Assembly (NCBI GenBank): GCA_002269645.1
Contig: NIVC01000696.1
Location: 407,526-471,525 of the forward strand
DNA: 64,000 nt
Reading direction: 5' to 3'
Origin: Macrostomum lignano
Taxonomy: Eukaryota
Under the pieces are notes generated by a model. The model worked only from the letters and a program-made list of their open reading frames with translations. It had not been told where the DNA came from and made no database searches. Below, one piece after another: positions 12,970-26,043 of this stretch; the first letter of the stretch is position 1; each line of letters begins with the position of its first letter. The position numbers and the translations under genes are program-made.

Positions 12970-15900
12970 CTACTTGTACTTGTTGATGCGGCGCAGCTGA
13001 ACGTAGCAGAGGCCCAGAAAGAAGAAAGTAATGAGAAGCATGCCCAGCACATTGCTCCACAGATCCCACCCTGTTGAGTAGGCGATTTTCTGATCACTCA
13101 AGACCATGTAGCCATCTTTGCTGCAATCGAAAATTAGATATTGATGCGTGAACAGCTGGACTTTTCTAATTAAAAAACATATTAGCTCAATATGACAATT
13201 ACTATTCTACTTTAATTTATAGATAAAATCTTAAAAGCACTACTTAAACACTTAAGTAGAATAGCGCTGCTCTCTGCAATCTAATGTAGCTGATCACGGG
13301 TTATCAACAGTATTTTTATAACTTTGACACGATAAACTCATTCGCTACTCTAAATGCAAGAAATGAGAAGAAACTGTCAGCTGTGGGATCAAAATTCAGA
13401 AAGTGACTTTCGTCCATTCATTTTTTTCCAACAGAAAAATCTGCTTCCTCCAAATTTTAAACGATTTGAGAGCGCACTACCCTGGCTCCAACCAAGGACT
13501 ACTAAAGTAGAAGGACGCAACACTCAAATCTATATGGAAAATGGTTTGAAGGCCACTTTTCGACGAAAAATACACTACGGAGATAGGAAGTTTTTATTTT
13601 TCAGCACAAAAATTGTTATTATTTTTTATAGGAAGAACACCCAATGTTCATCTTTTGATATGTTGTGCCCTTCTTATAGCTCTATTGATATTCATACAGC
13701 TCTTCGTTAAAAAACTAGGCTTCTATGTTAATTTATTATTCTACGTACAATTGCACATTCCTAATGCCTAAAAAGCATTAAAATGGCACGGCTCAGCGCA
13801 TTGGTTTTACTAATCTATTTTGTTATTCTTATCTGACTGTGTAACAATATGTGCAACAGAAGAGGGTAAAATAGATTCATAAAACCAGAGTCAACCTGTG
13901 CCATGCATTTTTATGATTTTTTAGGTACAGGAAATGCTCGTAGAATAAAGAATTAACATAGAATCCTAATTTCCTAAACAAAAAGCTTTATGAATATCAA
14001 TAGAGCTACCATGTATAAGAAGGGCACAACATACCAAAAGATGAACATTGGGTCTGCCTCCTATCAAAAGAAATAACAATTTTTGTGCTGAAAAAATGAG
14101 AACTTCCTATCACCGTAGTGTATTTTACGGCGAAAAGGGCCTTCAAAACTTTTTCATGAAACGTGAGTGTCGCGTCCTGTAGCTGTACTTGGCTCCAACA
14201 CACAGTGCAAATGATATGGAACTTGTCCAGCTCACCAGGTTCTGGTCACATTCGCTACGTCGGTTGTTGGGCAGAACTCCATGCCAGCGAACTCATTGAC
14301 GGATAGCGCAGAGAAAGCGTAGTTGAACAAGGAAAGGTACTTGCACCAGGATAACCAGTCGCCCATGGAACCAATGTTCATGAGGAAGCCGCCAAAGATC
14401 ATCATAAACACGTATATGATGGAGATGAAGATGTTGGCGATGCCGAACACGGACACGGAGGCCGATATGAAAAAGGCGACACCGCAGGCACCGCAAGTCG
14501 CGAGTACGAGGTTCAGCTCATAGAAGAAGAATGCCCCGGCAGTCAGCTTGAGCTTGGCCATGAAGTACACAATAGGCATGAATAGCAGCACAGGAAGGGT
14601 CTTGATTGGCAGCATGTCGCAGAATATTTTCGCCAGGAAATACACGGAGATTCGGTAGAAACCGGATGAGCTCTCGTGAATGAATATAACTCTTTCCTTA
14701 ATAAACACCTCCACTGCGCCCAGGTTGACGAAGACCATTTGCAGGAGAAGAAAGAAGAAAAGACCCTGGCGGTTCTGAATGCCGGACTCCAGCGAGGTGT
14801 CAAGGCTGAAGAACACGGTGCCGAGGCTGATTCCAAAGAATAGGTAAACCACGAGCTGGATGATGGAGCTTTGAGGATTGCGGAACAGATTCAGGCCGGT
14901 GCGCCACGACACCCAGATGATCTACAAATAGTTGAGATGATTCAGTATCCGGATTGATAAGAACGGCGTTTGTCATTCCGAACCACCATGCAGGTCGTTA
15001 AGATTCTAAATGGACTTACATACAATAATGCATTAAATTTGGTTTGAGCCCTCATTTTCAACTCTAAGAAATATCTCATAGAAAACTATTCAGAACCCGA
15101 AGTGTTGTGCCGTGGTCACACCTGGTTACAGACGCTGGTCGGATACTCCACTCGAGGGACCTTTTTGACCTTGACATCAGTAGAAACGCACTCTCTGTTC
15201 AGTGAGCGCTGGTAAATGTCGTCCACCTGCTGCTCCAGTCTGTCGGAAAGGCCCGATTCGCGCCAGGCTTCAATGAGGCGATTGCTGATGGCCTCGCTCT
15301 GAGACTTCAGCACGTCAGTGTCCAATATGCTGTCGCGGTCGGCCACTGAGATTTTAAACAAATGAGAAAATAAAGCTTTTTGAATTCAAATACAACGCGA
15401 TAAGTCTCTATAAGTCCTCCTCCTAATTCAAGTGGATTTCAGTTGGATGAAAGTTCAAGAATTGAAGCGACATAGATTTGACATCACTTTGGGCCTCTAT
15501 GCCGTAAATAGCATAGCATAAACAGAATTCTGATCCACTTTTCATTGCAAATTGCAGTGTATTATATTCTGTAATTGAATCCAGTCTAGCAAAACAAGCC
15601 TCAATTTTTTAAAATAACAGACAGACTACAGAAGTACAAAGAGAGGCTTACGTATTTCCAGATCACCTCGGCTGTCTTGTCTTGAGACTATTTCGCCGTG
15701 AACCATGTCCATGAAGAAGTCTGGTGGGCTGTTGTGTGCTTCGCAATGAAAGCCTAAATAGTAATGAAACAATATGATTTTAAGGTTGAAAACGGTCTAT
15801 CATTAGGCCTGAGCGCGAGCTCAGTTTTTTTAGTGCTTCAGTAACAAATTTTCAGTCACGACTGCCGCTGTAAGTCCTGTGTGTAGAAAAAAATATTGAA

Positions 15901-18900
15901 AAAAGCAAAGTCAAGCTGCTCACCGATGCGGGCAAAGTAATCCAGTGGATTGTCACCAGCATTGCCGTGGTAGACCACGCAGCCCGCAACCACCAGCGTG
16001 AGGTTGTCGAATAGCCGGTAGATGGAGTATTTCGGTTGGTGAATGGAGAAAATGATTGTTCGACCGGAGTTGGCCAGCATCTTCAGCGTGCGAATGACAG
16101 AGCCGGCCGTGAAGGCGTCCAATCCTGTGGTCGGCTCGTCCAGGAACAGCACTGGCGGGTCTGTGATCAGCTCCATGCCGATGTTGGTGCGCTTGCGTTC
16201 TCCGCCAGACACACCGCGAATTAACTCAGTGCCGATTTTGGAGTCCGCAACCTTTCAAGGTCATTTTAAAGGGCCACCTTAATCACCATGTCCCACCAAT
16301 GCCATTAACTACATTGTTAGTAAATGAAAGATATGAAAGTTACTTTCAATGCAACAGCAACAATACGAGTGGATTATTTCCTAAATCTCATATTAACCAT
16401 TGCAATATTCAAATGCAACATATATAATTGCGTAGTGGCTTAATGTTTTTATACAGCTCAGAAGTACACTGAGCCTTGGGTGAACACAAAAGTAAACCCT
16501 TAAGCGGGTGCATATCTGTGGTATGATTAAATAAGTAGGCCAACGAAACAAACCTTGCTCAGTCCCAGCTCCTGGATGACATTATCAACCTTTTCCTTGC
16601 GCACATGAGCCGAAGTGTTCCCCGGCAGTCGGAGAGCGGCTGAGAAACTGAGGTTCTCGCGCACAGTGAGAGTGCCCATCACAATGTCATCTTGAACGAC
16701 GTATCCAGACATGCACTTAAAATTATCCGGCTGCTCTGCCCCGTCAACGAGCACCTCTCCGCGCAGAAACTGCGGGTCCTTGCGACCTGCCAGCACATCC
16801 AGCAGGCTGCTCTTGCCACTGCCAGTAGGGCCCATAATAGCGTTGAGCCCTGGGTGCATTATGCCACTGAAAGTTTTACAAATCATCAACTAGTCTAATT
16901 GTAGTTCATTTTGCTCAACTTGAGAAAATCGATATTTTCATTTCAGGGAGTTTTGAAAAGTACATAGGACTTGGCTTACCTAATGCCATTTAGTACAACT
17001 TTTTTCTCAGCTTTACTCCACGGAAAGCGTTTAACCATGACCTCGTATCTGATGTTTCTGAAAGTAATCACAGAGCCACTTCTAGTGCTAGAAGTCCTGT
17101 GGCGTCCCGTAGACTTGGTGTCCACTTCTGCTGCAAAAGAATTGCCGCCACCATTGGCGCCTCCGCCGTATTGCATCGGTCTGTATCGAGAAGAATGCTT
17201 TGAGACCACCGGCTGCGGGTTGCTAAGGTCGCCATTGGATGCAGAAATATCGCGACTGTAGCAGGCATCGCTCTGTTTTTCTTGGCGCAGGTGGGAAGGC
17301 GGCGCATCAAGCTCCAGCACCACAGCACCGAAGCCATCGTTTCCTGAATCGGACTTCTTGTATGAGACAGCGGCAGTTCCCGTGCCACCTCCGCCGTTTG
17401 TCGGATGCTGGCTTGTTGTGGGTCGTTGGAGGTTTCTGTTAGAGCTTGCATCAGTGCTGGCAGCAGCTGCTGCAGCCTCCATGGCTTTGACATCCCTTAG
17501 TGAGCCCTGACTGGCGGAAAGTAGCGGCTGATCCTTGACACCCTGTCGTTGCCGCACTGGCATGAGCTGCTCCTTGAAAAAGTGACTGGCCTAAGAAAAA
17601 AGCGATGTCATTACTTGTAAATTAAATCCTTTTTGTATGCAGCCAGCAGCCATGTAAATTTGAATACGTATGAATGTGTATGCGAGCTATGTGCCGATTC
17701 ACAATGTCTTCCATTTCTTTTTTAATATTAAGGATTGAACAGCTGATGGACTGCACTGTTTATGACGCATATGGCATAATATCCCTAGTGTTCTGCAAGA
17801 CAATTGTTTTTTATGAGATGTTTAACATTTTAATCTGCTCCCTGACACACTGCGAAGCCGACTGCAGACAGCCGGACACTAAAATAATACAAGCACTCAC
17901 AACCTGGTCTACACGGCTTACAGCCGCAGCACGAATTGTTCGTGGTGACGGTGGTGACGCAGAACGCCTGGGCCGTTGTTGCTGCTGCGATTTGTCGTAG
18001 TACACGTGTCCCCAATCTGGCGGCGAGGACTGGCGTCGAGGCGATCTCTCCATCGAATTGTACTTGTGTGATGACGAAGCCATGGATCCACTGTCTAGCT
18101 ATGAGGCTCTATTTGTCCTTCTCTCTCCCCTTGTAAGCACCCTAGTCTTTTTCTTCTCAGGGTCGAGTTGATTGAAGTTTTCGGTGCGGTGTGGATGTTG
18201 GGGTAAGGGCACAAACTAAAGTCGGGCCTCAAATTCTCATCTCTCTTTCTGGTCTTCAACAGTTAAAGCGCCATATAAAAAGCTGTTATGTGTGCGCACA
18301 AGACATCCATGCCTTCCCGTCCTTTCTTACTCTGCTCGTGCAAAAACCGAAATTTGTAGCGAAAAAGCGACTATTATGCTTGAATCGAAGAAGGTTTTTG
18401 GCCCTTAAAAGATGTTGAGCTTTTTGTCTACGCCGTTCACTATTTTCATCTCGCTTCTGTGCTCTCATGAAGTGGAGGTTCGAAAATGCACATAACAATG
18501 AATAGAGAGCGCTTCGAATAATTGCAAATGTGCGCTGTCAGGTGCTCGAGCCAAGGGTACGCAATTATAGAGCAAATAGAAGTTGAGTGACACTGCACAA
18601 TGAGTTGAATCTGCACCCATTCCCCAGCAAGCTCAGTTTTTATGCAAAGGTAATACTCACTTCTGTAAACTTAGCCACCACCTCCTGCTGTCCTGTGTTC
18701 GCGTTGCCGCTTCGCCGGTGGCTGCTTCCCCTGCTACCGCCGATGCCGCTGCTGCTGGGCTCAGCGACTCCATTCGTTGCCACTGAGACAGCAGCACCTC
18801 CGTTGCTTTCACTTCCGCCAACGCCCCCACTGATGAGTCCGCTGTCCGGTGGTCCGCCTGGCGGTGACATCTCAGCACCGCTCATCGCATGGTAGCCCTT

Positions 18901-18927
18901 CATCGGGCTGCGGCCGCGGGTTATCAT
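12970..18927 (-). CDS. ABCG2: ABCG2/White-family ABC half transporter; exons (18927-18661 or 18083-17904), 17590-16980, 16866-16554, 16251-15924, 15753-15652, 15345-15122, 14921-14236, 13120-12970
   Basis: Walker A GPTGSGKSS, SGYVVQDD, signature VSGGERKR, Walker B LFLDEPTTGLD, H-loop FSIHQP, then the ABC2 membrane domain (QNRQGLFFF, FIHESSSGFYR). All junction phases are consistent. The symbol means ABCG2-like; orthology is not tested. Confidence 0.9.
13493..14190. mobile_element. Foldback MITE with ~200-bp terminal inverted repeats (Mutator-like) in the last ABCG intron
   Basis: 13500-13700 is an inverted copy of 13985-14185 (shared AATACACTACGG.GATAGGAAGTT, TTCAGCACAAAAATTGTTATT, CCCAATGTTCATCTTTTG.TATGTTGTGCCCTTCTTATA). 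It is flanked by the 9-10-bp direct repeat (T)GGCTCCAAC at 13483-13492 and 14190-14199. Confidence 0.65.
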
Positions 18928-19414
18928 TTCCCTATGAGGTGGAGGAGGATGAATAAACAACTTTTACTTTTACTCTTCATATAATGGAATAGTACCTGAT
19001 CATAAAAATATTCAATATTTTAATATTTTCCAATGAGTCCTGTAGTGGCATAAAATGTAAACACGAAGATCTTATAGCCTCTAAAATTTAAGAGGCTTAT
19101 CAGTGCGGTTGACGACAGACGGTAGATGATAAATGGGATTTCGATTGATCCTACACACCTTTTGCCGATCCAATTATATCAGATCCGACAGAGACACCGC
19201 CTAAATTAGCTGTTTCCTAGGGTTTTTTGTTGAATTAAGATGACCTCGCCTTGAATAAATGCTGGAATGCGATCGGTGACTGCTCTAGTAGTACACGAAT
19301 GGAATGAACTGCAATTCCATGACCGCTTTATTCTACTTGCAGTAGCTGAAGCAGTCATGCACTCTGTGCACTTTGTCATGCACTCACTGCTTATAATCAC
19401 CGAAAGGATATACG

Positions 19415-20297
19415 CAGTGTTGGGCACCAGTCCGTTAATAAGCGTTAATCCGTTAATAAGCGTTAATAAGCGTTAAGATTTTTCATTAACGTTAACGGAC
19501 TGTCGTTAAGATTTTTTTGAACTAACGGATTAACGAATTTGCGTTAAAAATTTTGTAAATTAACGATAAATTTATCGTTAACGGTAGTGTCTATGTTAAT
19601 GACCAAAGACGCAAAGAAGGAACGAAAAATAGAAGTCTTACAAGAAGTTTAAACATTACGAACGTATTTGAGCTTACCTATATGCCTAAATATAATCTCT
19701 TTATTTATGACGATGATCATACAGACGTACATGTAATTAACAACTTCTTACAAATAAACTTTAAAATAATGAATTAAAATAGTGTGAAACTTTATTTCTT
19801 GCGCGTGAGCATCGATCGCTTTGATTCACTTCTGTCCCAATCTTTCGCAACTTTCTGCTGCGCCTGCTAATGGTACTGAAACAACCTTCCTATGCGTATT
19901 TAATTATGAATTTCTCGTTATTAGCTTTTAAGTTTCAAATAAAATAAGTTACTTTTTTACCATATGCTTTACTTTTAGTAGTATTATGCATGCAAGTTTT
20001 TAAAATGAATTTTTATTACTTTTTTAGCTTTCAAATCGCTTAGATGACCTCTGTGTTTCGCTAAAAAGATGGAATAGCAAAGACGTGCATTACGAAGTCT
20101 GTTTTTGGAAAAAAACGTGCAAGATTTCCGTATTTTCCGTGTTAACTTTAACGGATTAACGCTTATTAACGATTATCAGTTAACTTTCAGTTAACTTAAC
20201 GAAATTAGGAGTTAAAAAGTTAAGATTTTTTTGTTTTAACGCTAACGCTTTTGCTATTAACGGAAGTTAAGATTTTCATTAACGGTGCCCAACACTG
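19415..20297. mobile_element. Non-autonomous hAT MITE (family B), 883 bp
   Basis: 14-bp TIR CAGTGTTGGGCACC, exact 8-bp TSD GATATACG (19407-19414 and 20298-20305), and many subterminal CGTTAA/TTAACG motifs. Confidence 0.9.
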
Positions 20298-20599
20298 GAT
20301 ATACGAGTATTGGTCACAAAATACTTTGGGATTATAGAACTTCAATAATATTTGCAATAGATTTGATTTCAGATAAATTCTCGAACAACGTCTTTTCGGC
20401 CTGGGTTTGGCTTGGCTTGGCCAAATTTGGCATCCATGACTTTCAAGCTTCTGAACACCGTCGGACCGCCAGATAAGATGGCGCCGCATCATATTTTCTG
20501 TAAAATATGACTCTCACTTTTTCCGATCCGTATTTTGGTTCAGTCTGTATAGATGCACCTCTAAAAGTGCAAATGCAAATTGGCCCAGCCAATCATTGT

Positions 20600-21300
20600 T
20601 AGTAGTGGCCTGGGAGCCCTGTTTTCCTGGTGTGGGTGCACAGTGCCTGTGCATGGCTTTGTGCCCGTGATTGCATCGAGCAGGCGTACTCGCTTCACCC
20701 GATGCGCAAGATAAGAATTAGCAATCGCTCAAAGCAATATCTCAGGTACGAGCGTATTAGCATTGATTCTTGGCTTGGGAATGGATCATGTGGACATTCG
20801 TCTCCTAGACTACGTTTAACCTTAATATCACGTGGTTTTGCGCTTTCGTGAGCATTTCCTCATTGCGTGGGTGGGTCCGCCGTCCAATAATCGTCTACTC
20901 GTCCACAACCTTGATTTTAGTGATCAGCTCTACCGTCCTCCAAAGCAACGATGGAGCCCCGAAGCGGCTCCATTTGAGCATTAAAGCCAGTTGAATGGTG
21001 GAAGAGGCCGTGGCGGCTGCTTAACTACAGGGCGCTATATGATATAATTTCTGGCTCGGTCGTGTAGTCCAGTACGCCATCAATGCTCCTACGAACAATT
21101 AGCTCTACAGACGATACTCTTGTTGATAATAATAGGCTTGACAACGTCGATGATCTCGCCCTGCTGTCCTGGATGTCTGAGGGCGCCTAGTGATAGCTGG
21201 ACAGGCCCTGCGCCGAGTCGTTCTGCCCGCAGCAGAAATAGCTTATTGTTCTTCTTTGCCAGCTCGCAGGTTAGCGCTAGCGCAACGGCCCTAACATTCT
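20600..21300 (+). mobile_element. Heavily decayed RTE-like non-LTR retrotransposon remnant
   Basis: Fragments translate to RLDNVDDLALLS (~21135-21170; RT YADD-like motif) and AESFCPQ (~21212-21232; resembles RTE C-terminal sequence), with many stops. Confidence 0.4.
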
Positions 21301-21479
21301 TGGGGCCATCTTTTCGAGGAGTCAGTCAGTCAATCTTGTCTGAAGAGGGGTGTCGTTGCCCTCAGACAGTGACGGAGGACACATACAAGACAGTATCCTG
21401 AGCATCACAGTTCAGAGGTGCCATGACAGGTGGAGCAGCAGAGAGCCAAAGTAGCGGGTTTTGTTGCGGCTGGCGGCTC

Positions 21480-22430
21480 TGGCTGAGACCAGGCTGACGT
21501 GCATGCCTTCCTGGCACCTTGGCGGCGTCGGCGTTCGTAGCATCGTCGTCACTTTCAATGCCAGCGTGGCCAAGGACGCGAACAAACAGGACGGCGGTGC
21601 TGTCTTGAAATCTTGAAATCAGACGCGTCAGAGGTTTTGCGCTGCGGGCCTTGCTTAAGGGCGGTAAGGGCGCTAAGGCTTTCCGTCCGAGAGGACCACA
21701 AGACTGGCGGGTCTGGAAGAAGTGTCGAGCTGTCAGGACTGCAGGGCAGCGCCTGGAAACTCCCACAGAGGAGGCCGGCGGGATGACGGATGATGTAAGT
21801 TTGGCCGTTAAGACTGATGACTAAGGCGCTGCCGCCTTTGCCCGTGCCGTCGTTGGCAGAGCTCTCGGTCCAGGCGATGGCCTTTCACAGTTTGGTTCAA
21901 GGCGATGCCGTTCGCCGCTGCAGTAGTGGCTCTGAGGTCAGACGGAGCATTGTGGGGCGCACTGAAGACGAAATTGATGTACTATCCGCTGTAGTCCAGC
22001 CTCAGAACGGGTCACAGGGTGGTCTCCGGGATCAGGTGGTGAAGATACAGGCCCACTGACATTGCGGCGGGCCGTGGCGGCCGAGAGGCAGCTAAGCCTA
22101 TCGATTTGCTCACAGAGGTTAACGGAACACTCGAGTGTGATATTTCCAACAGGTGGCAGGTTAGCCACGCACAGCGATTGGTAGCTTGGGATTAGTGCTG
22201 CAGCAACCCGTGATAAGGTGGCGATGTAGGCCATGAGCAGGACGTGGGAGTCAGCGCCGGTCCTGCAGTGGGCGAGGGTGGAGAAAGCTCTGCGGCGCTG
22301 TGCCATGCCGCGTCTGACCTTGGTGTCGTGCTTGCTCCAGCAGAGTTGGCTGTCAAAGGTAGCGTCGAGGAGCCGTGGATTGGAGTTGGAACCTAATTGC
22401 TGTTTGTCTCGGATAGGCAGGGGATAAACT
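21480..22430 (-). mobile_element. Decayed non-LTR retrotransposon (RT thumb plus RNase H)
   Basis: Minus-strand fragments NPRLLDATFDSQLCWSKH (RT thumb), AIAWTESSANDGTGKGGSALV...AGLLCGSFQA and LFVRVLGHAGIE...ADAAK (RNase H motifs), broken by frameshifts. Confidence 0.7.
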
Positions 22431-23594
22431 CATTTATCGTGTTTAACATAGCTGAGGAGAGCTTTCCGTTTAGAGCATCACACTCGGTGACCGTGTCGAT
22501 GACCGTCCGGAGGATGTTGGGCGCACTCGGAAAGTCTTCAAAGTCTGTTTTTTGAGGATGGCCTAAAGCAGGGCTTCTCTACATCATCGACCTGCCCCTC
22601 AAATCAGCTCAGCCGTGCCTTTTTTGCCCAGTCCGGTGCTTTTACTACAGATCTGGTTTTGCTGTAGTTTTTGGATTTAATAAATAAGAATATACATTGT
22701 TGATAAATTTATTGTTAAATGCCACTATAACTCACATTTTTCGTTTGCTTTTAGTCCTTGATGTTTCTTGCTTTACACGCTAGTCGCTCCAATAATGGAA
22801 TGAGTAATCAAAAGGAGGTGCAAAACTGGAGCGTCTTTTGGGCTGGGCTGAGAGCTTAGTAGAGCCAAGCTGCTGAATCTGTGGATGGGTGAGTTGCTTT
22901 GAAAGCACAATCGCACTATTTATAGCCTCCGAGGTTGCTGAGAAGAGAGTCGAGACGCTCAGATCAGCCAATTTTCTCTCAAACCCTTCTGCTGCAAATT
23001 TGGCGAGCAAAATGCGGCTCAGTGCTCATGCAGAGACAAGGTTTGAAATTGAATGGATGGAAGCAAGACCGAGTCTGAAAAAAAGATCGAGCGATTTAAT
23101 TACTCAGCTCAACATAGCAACAACAGCTGTATACATGCGCGAGCTTTATCGTTCTGCGTCTCTCTTTCTCCCCCCTCCCCGAGGTGCTTCATTGCTTGGC
23201 TCGAGGCATGCACACAGCTGAATTGTTGAGTAAAGAGAGGCCAACAGAACAGAAAGGTAGGTGATTTAGTTCAGTTGTAGGCAAAAACAGAGCTAAAGAA
23301 ATATAGTCTGAGTAGAAAACCAAGATAACAGCATGGTCTAGTTGCACCTGACATTCAAAGTGCATTGACAAACCATCTCTCACACTCTTCATTATAACGA
23401 GTGGTTCTTCACTGAATAACTAGGTTACATGCTTCGAAATTCGAATATCGTTTCAAACAATATAGAAATCTGTTGATAGTATTGCTACGAGCGTTAACAC
23501 TTAGTGATTTCTTTACACAAAATCTAGCCACTTCAACAAAAAATCTAATAAGCCAACTAGTAGACAACCTGATCGGGGTGAATTAACGAAAGGG

Positions 23595-23975
23595 ATGTCA
23601 ACTTAAGGCTCTAGAATGGAGCCCGAAGTTCAGCTCCGGACCAAACCGACTGGAATCGATAACTGGTCGGACCAGGTGACTAGAATCGCCGAGACATCCC
23701 ATCCGGGTCCCTTCCTTGGGGTCCCAGGGGATAAGGGGATAAAATGGGGATCTCATGTCAACTTAAGTCTCTAGAATGGAGCCCAAAGCACGGCTCCAGA
23801 CCAAACCGACTGGAATCGATAACTGGTCGGACCAGATGATTAGAATCGCCGAGACATCCTATCCGGGTCCCTTCCTTGCGGTCCCAGGGGATAAAAGGGA
23901 TAAAATGGGGATCTCATGTCAAAGGCTCTAGAATGGAGCAAGCAAGGCTTCAGACCAAACCGACTGGAATCAGCA
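23595..23975. repeat. 160/161-bp tandem repeat, ~2.4 copies
   Basis: ATGTCAA...CTCTAGAATGGAGC recurs at 23595, 23755 and 23916. Confidence 0.9.
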
Positions 23976-24584
23976 GATTAGACGTTGTTATCGAGAACTC
24001 GATTCCAAAGTACAACCGGGTGCGTCCAGGTTTTGAATCATTTAAACAGCTGCCACTGTCATGGACAGGGCTATCGTTGTTCGAATTCGGTCAGAATTTC
24101 ATGCGCTGAGTGTTCTTGTCCAACGAACTGGACGAAATTGAACAGCTGCGCTTCAACTGTGATCTGACGCGTGTCCCCTCTGCTAACACAAGGGCATGGA
24201 TTGCCGTCAACCCGCTGGATCCAAAAGCTCGGGGTTCCCCCGAATTCACACAGAGAATTCGACAGAGGTTTCGGTGGGTCCGTATCAACTAAATCAAGCC
24301 GATGATTACATTCAAAACATTCGTGTCAGAGGTTCTCGGTAGCTACGAAGGTGACTCCTGGAGAGACTTTGAGTCGCTCACATCCGAACTTCCGAGCCAC
24401 CTGAAGTGTTGAAAGTTTCGGCAAGAGACGCAGCCAGAAATCTGAAGCAACAGATTCGGTCGGTGGCATCCGTCTTGGATTTTTCTAGCTGTCGTTTTCT
24501 CGCGCCATAATTCGAAATCCTACCGCGTGATTCTTAGAGTGTGCGACAGCAGCAGACAATCGCTGTGGTTTTAAAGATCCAGGA

Positions 24585-25620
24585 TTGCAACTTCTTCATG
24601 GCTACTATTCGTCTGCAAAAGCTGGAAATACGACTGCAGGCTGCGATTGTCATTTAATGGCAGTGCTCAAACTCCTGGGCTGCTACTACGCTTACCACCA
24701 AGATAGCTATCGAAGGTCTGGTGCTAGCCATCGCTTTGTTGATTCCGCTCTACCACGCAGCCTTGTTGCCAGACTTTATGCCAGAGAAAATGCTTTACCA
24801 CAGCAGCGAAAGCCTACTGAGCAACAGCCTAGCGGCCAGCAAGAGGAGTTTCAGTCAGCCAGCAGCAGCTCACGATCCAAGCCTCAGTCTTCAAGAGTCT
24901 TTGGTCTTCAAAACCATGGTCAGCAGTGCTACGCAACTGTTGTTCCACAACTGTTTCACTGCATCAGCAGCAAAGTCCAGCTCTTTCAGCCGGTCAGAGG
25001 TGAGGCAGTGAACACCGAAATGACCAACCTGATAACGCCTGTGGCGACTGGACCAGCAAGCGTAGATCAACTTGTTGAAGCTATCCGAAGCCGATATCCG
25101 CAGCAGTTTGCGCCAAGACAGCAACACTGCATGAACGAGCTGCTACTGCTACAGCACACAAAACCCAACGCGTGTTTCAATACAATATGTTGTGACCGTT
25201 CAAGCAGTTCAACTTCTTTATGGACATTCAAATAGCTAATTTGTGGTTGTTATTGTCCAAAAATTTATCTCAACTTGCACGAGGGGGCATATATTATAAT
25301 TACGAGGCGCAGTGTCAGTGCCCATGGTGGCGATAACACCTTGTAGATCTTCGGCGTGTAAGTACATGTAAGCTCTTTGATAGCGAGGGTTGTGTCAGCC
25401 TGTTGTCCATATCCCGATCTCAGCATATTGCCACTTGCTGTGCGCTCGACTCTCTCAGAATGGTGATGCAGTCCTTTACGGTTTGATAAAAATAAAATGT
25501 GATCAAACAGTTTTTGGTACGAGCTAAAAGTGTTCCAATTATGGTTCACAGTCTGTGCCACTACAACTGCGCCATGGTTCTAGGCTCTGCCTTTGCCAGA
25601 TCGATACTTCAGTCTTCAGC
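24585..25620 (+). pseudogene. Decayed ubiquitin-specific-protease (peptidase C19)-like reading frame
   Basis: FGLQNHGQQCYATVVPQLF resembles the USP Cys box and QFAPRQQHCMNELL resembles the QQD box. A frameshifted YGSQSV/HYNCAMV...QIDTSV at ~25540-25615 resembles the His box and Asp motif. Confidence 0.45.
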
Positions 25621-26043
25621 CTGTAACATGCAGTTTCTGCAACACTTAATTGTTTTGTGAACAGATGCATGTGTTGGTCAAGGTTGAGGTATTCAGAATG
25701 TGCTGCAGGATGTCTGACAGATTAAAAATGTCATACGCATGTCGGGGGCGCTTTTATGGCAGAGTTGGTCGTTTGTGATCACGCGCGCCAGTTTGTGACA
25801 TTGACATGACAGCATTTGATTGTTAATGCATGTTGAGCCGCTTTGATCCGAGTGGGTCTCTGCACTGACAGGAATAGATGAGCTGGTTGATGATCGTACC
25901 ATCCAGCTCTTATGTACCGATGTGTCGAAATGTTCATCCAAGGCTCACAGCTCGCACAGATGGAATTGGAGTCGGTTGATCGAAGTCGACGCTACGAGCT
26001 ACATGTATAGTGTATTGCGTGCATTTTTATCAATATTATTATA

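Noticed and set aside
22780-23400. Several 67-110-aa ORFs on both strands
   Set aside because: No domain similarity recognised, and candidate splice joins run into stops.
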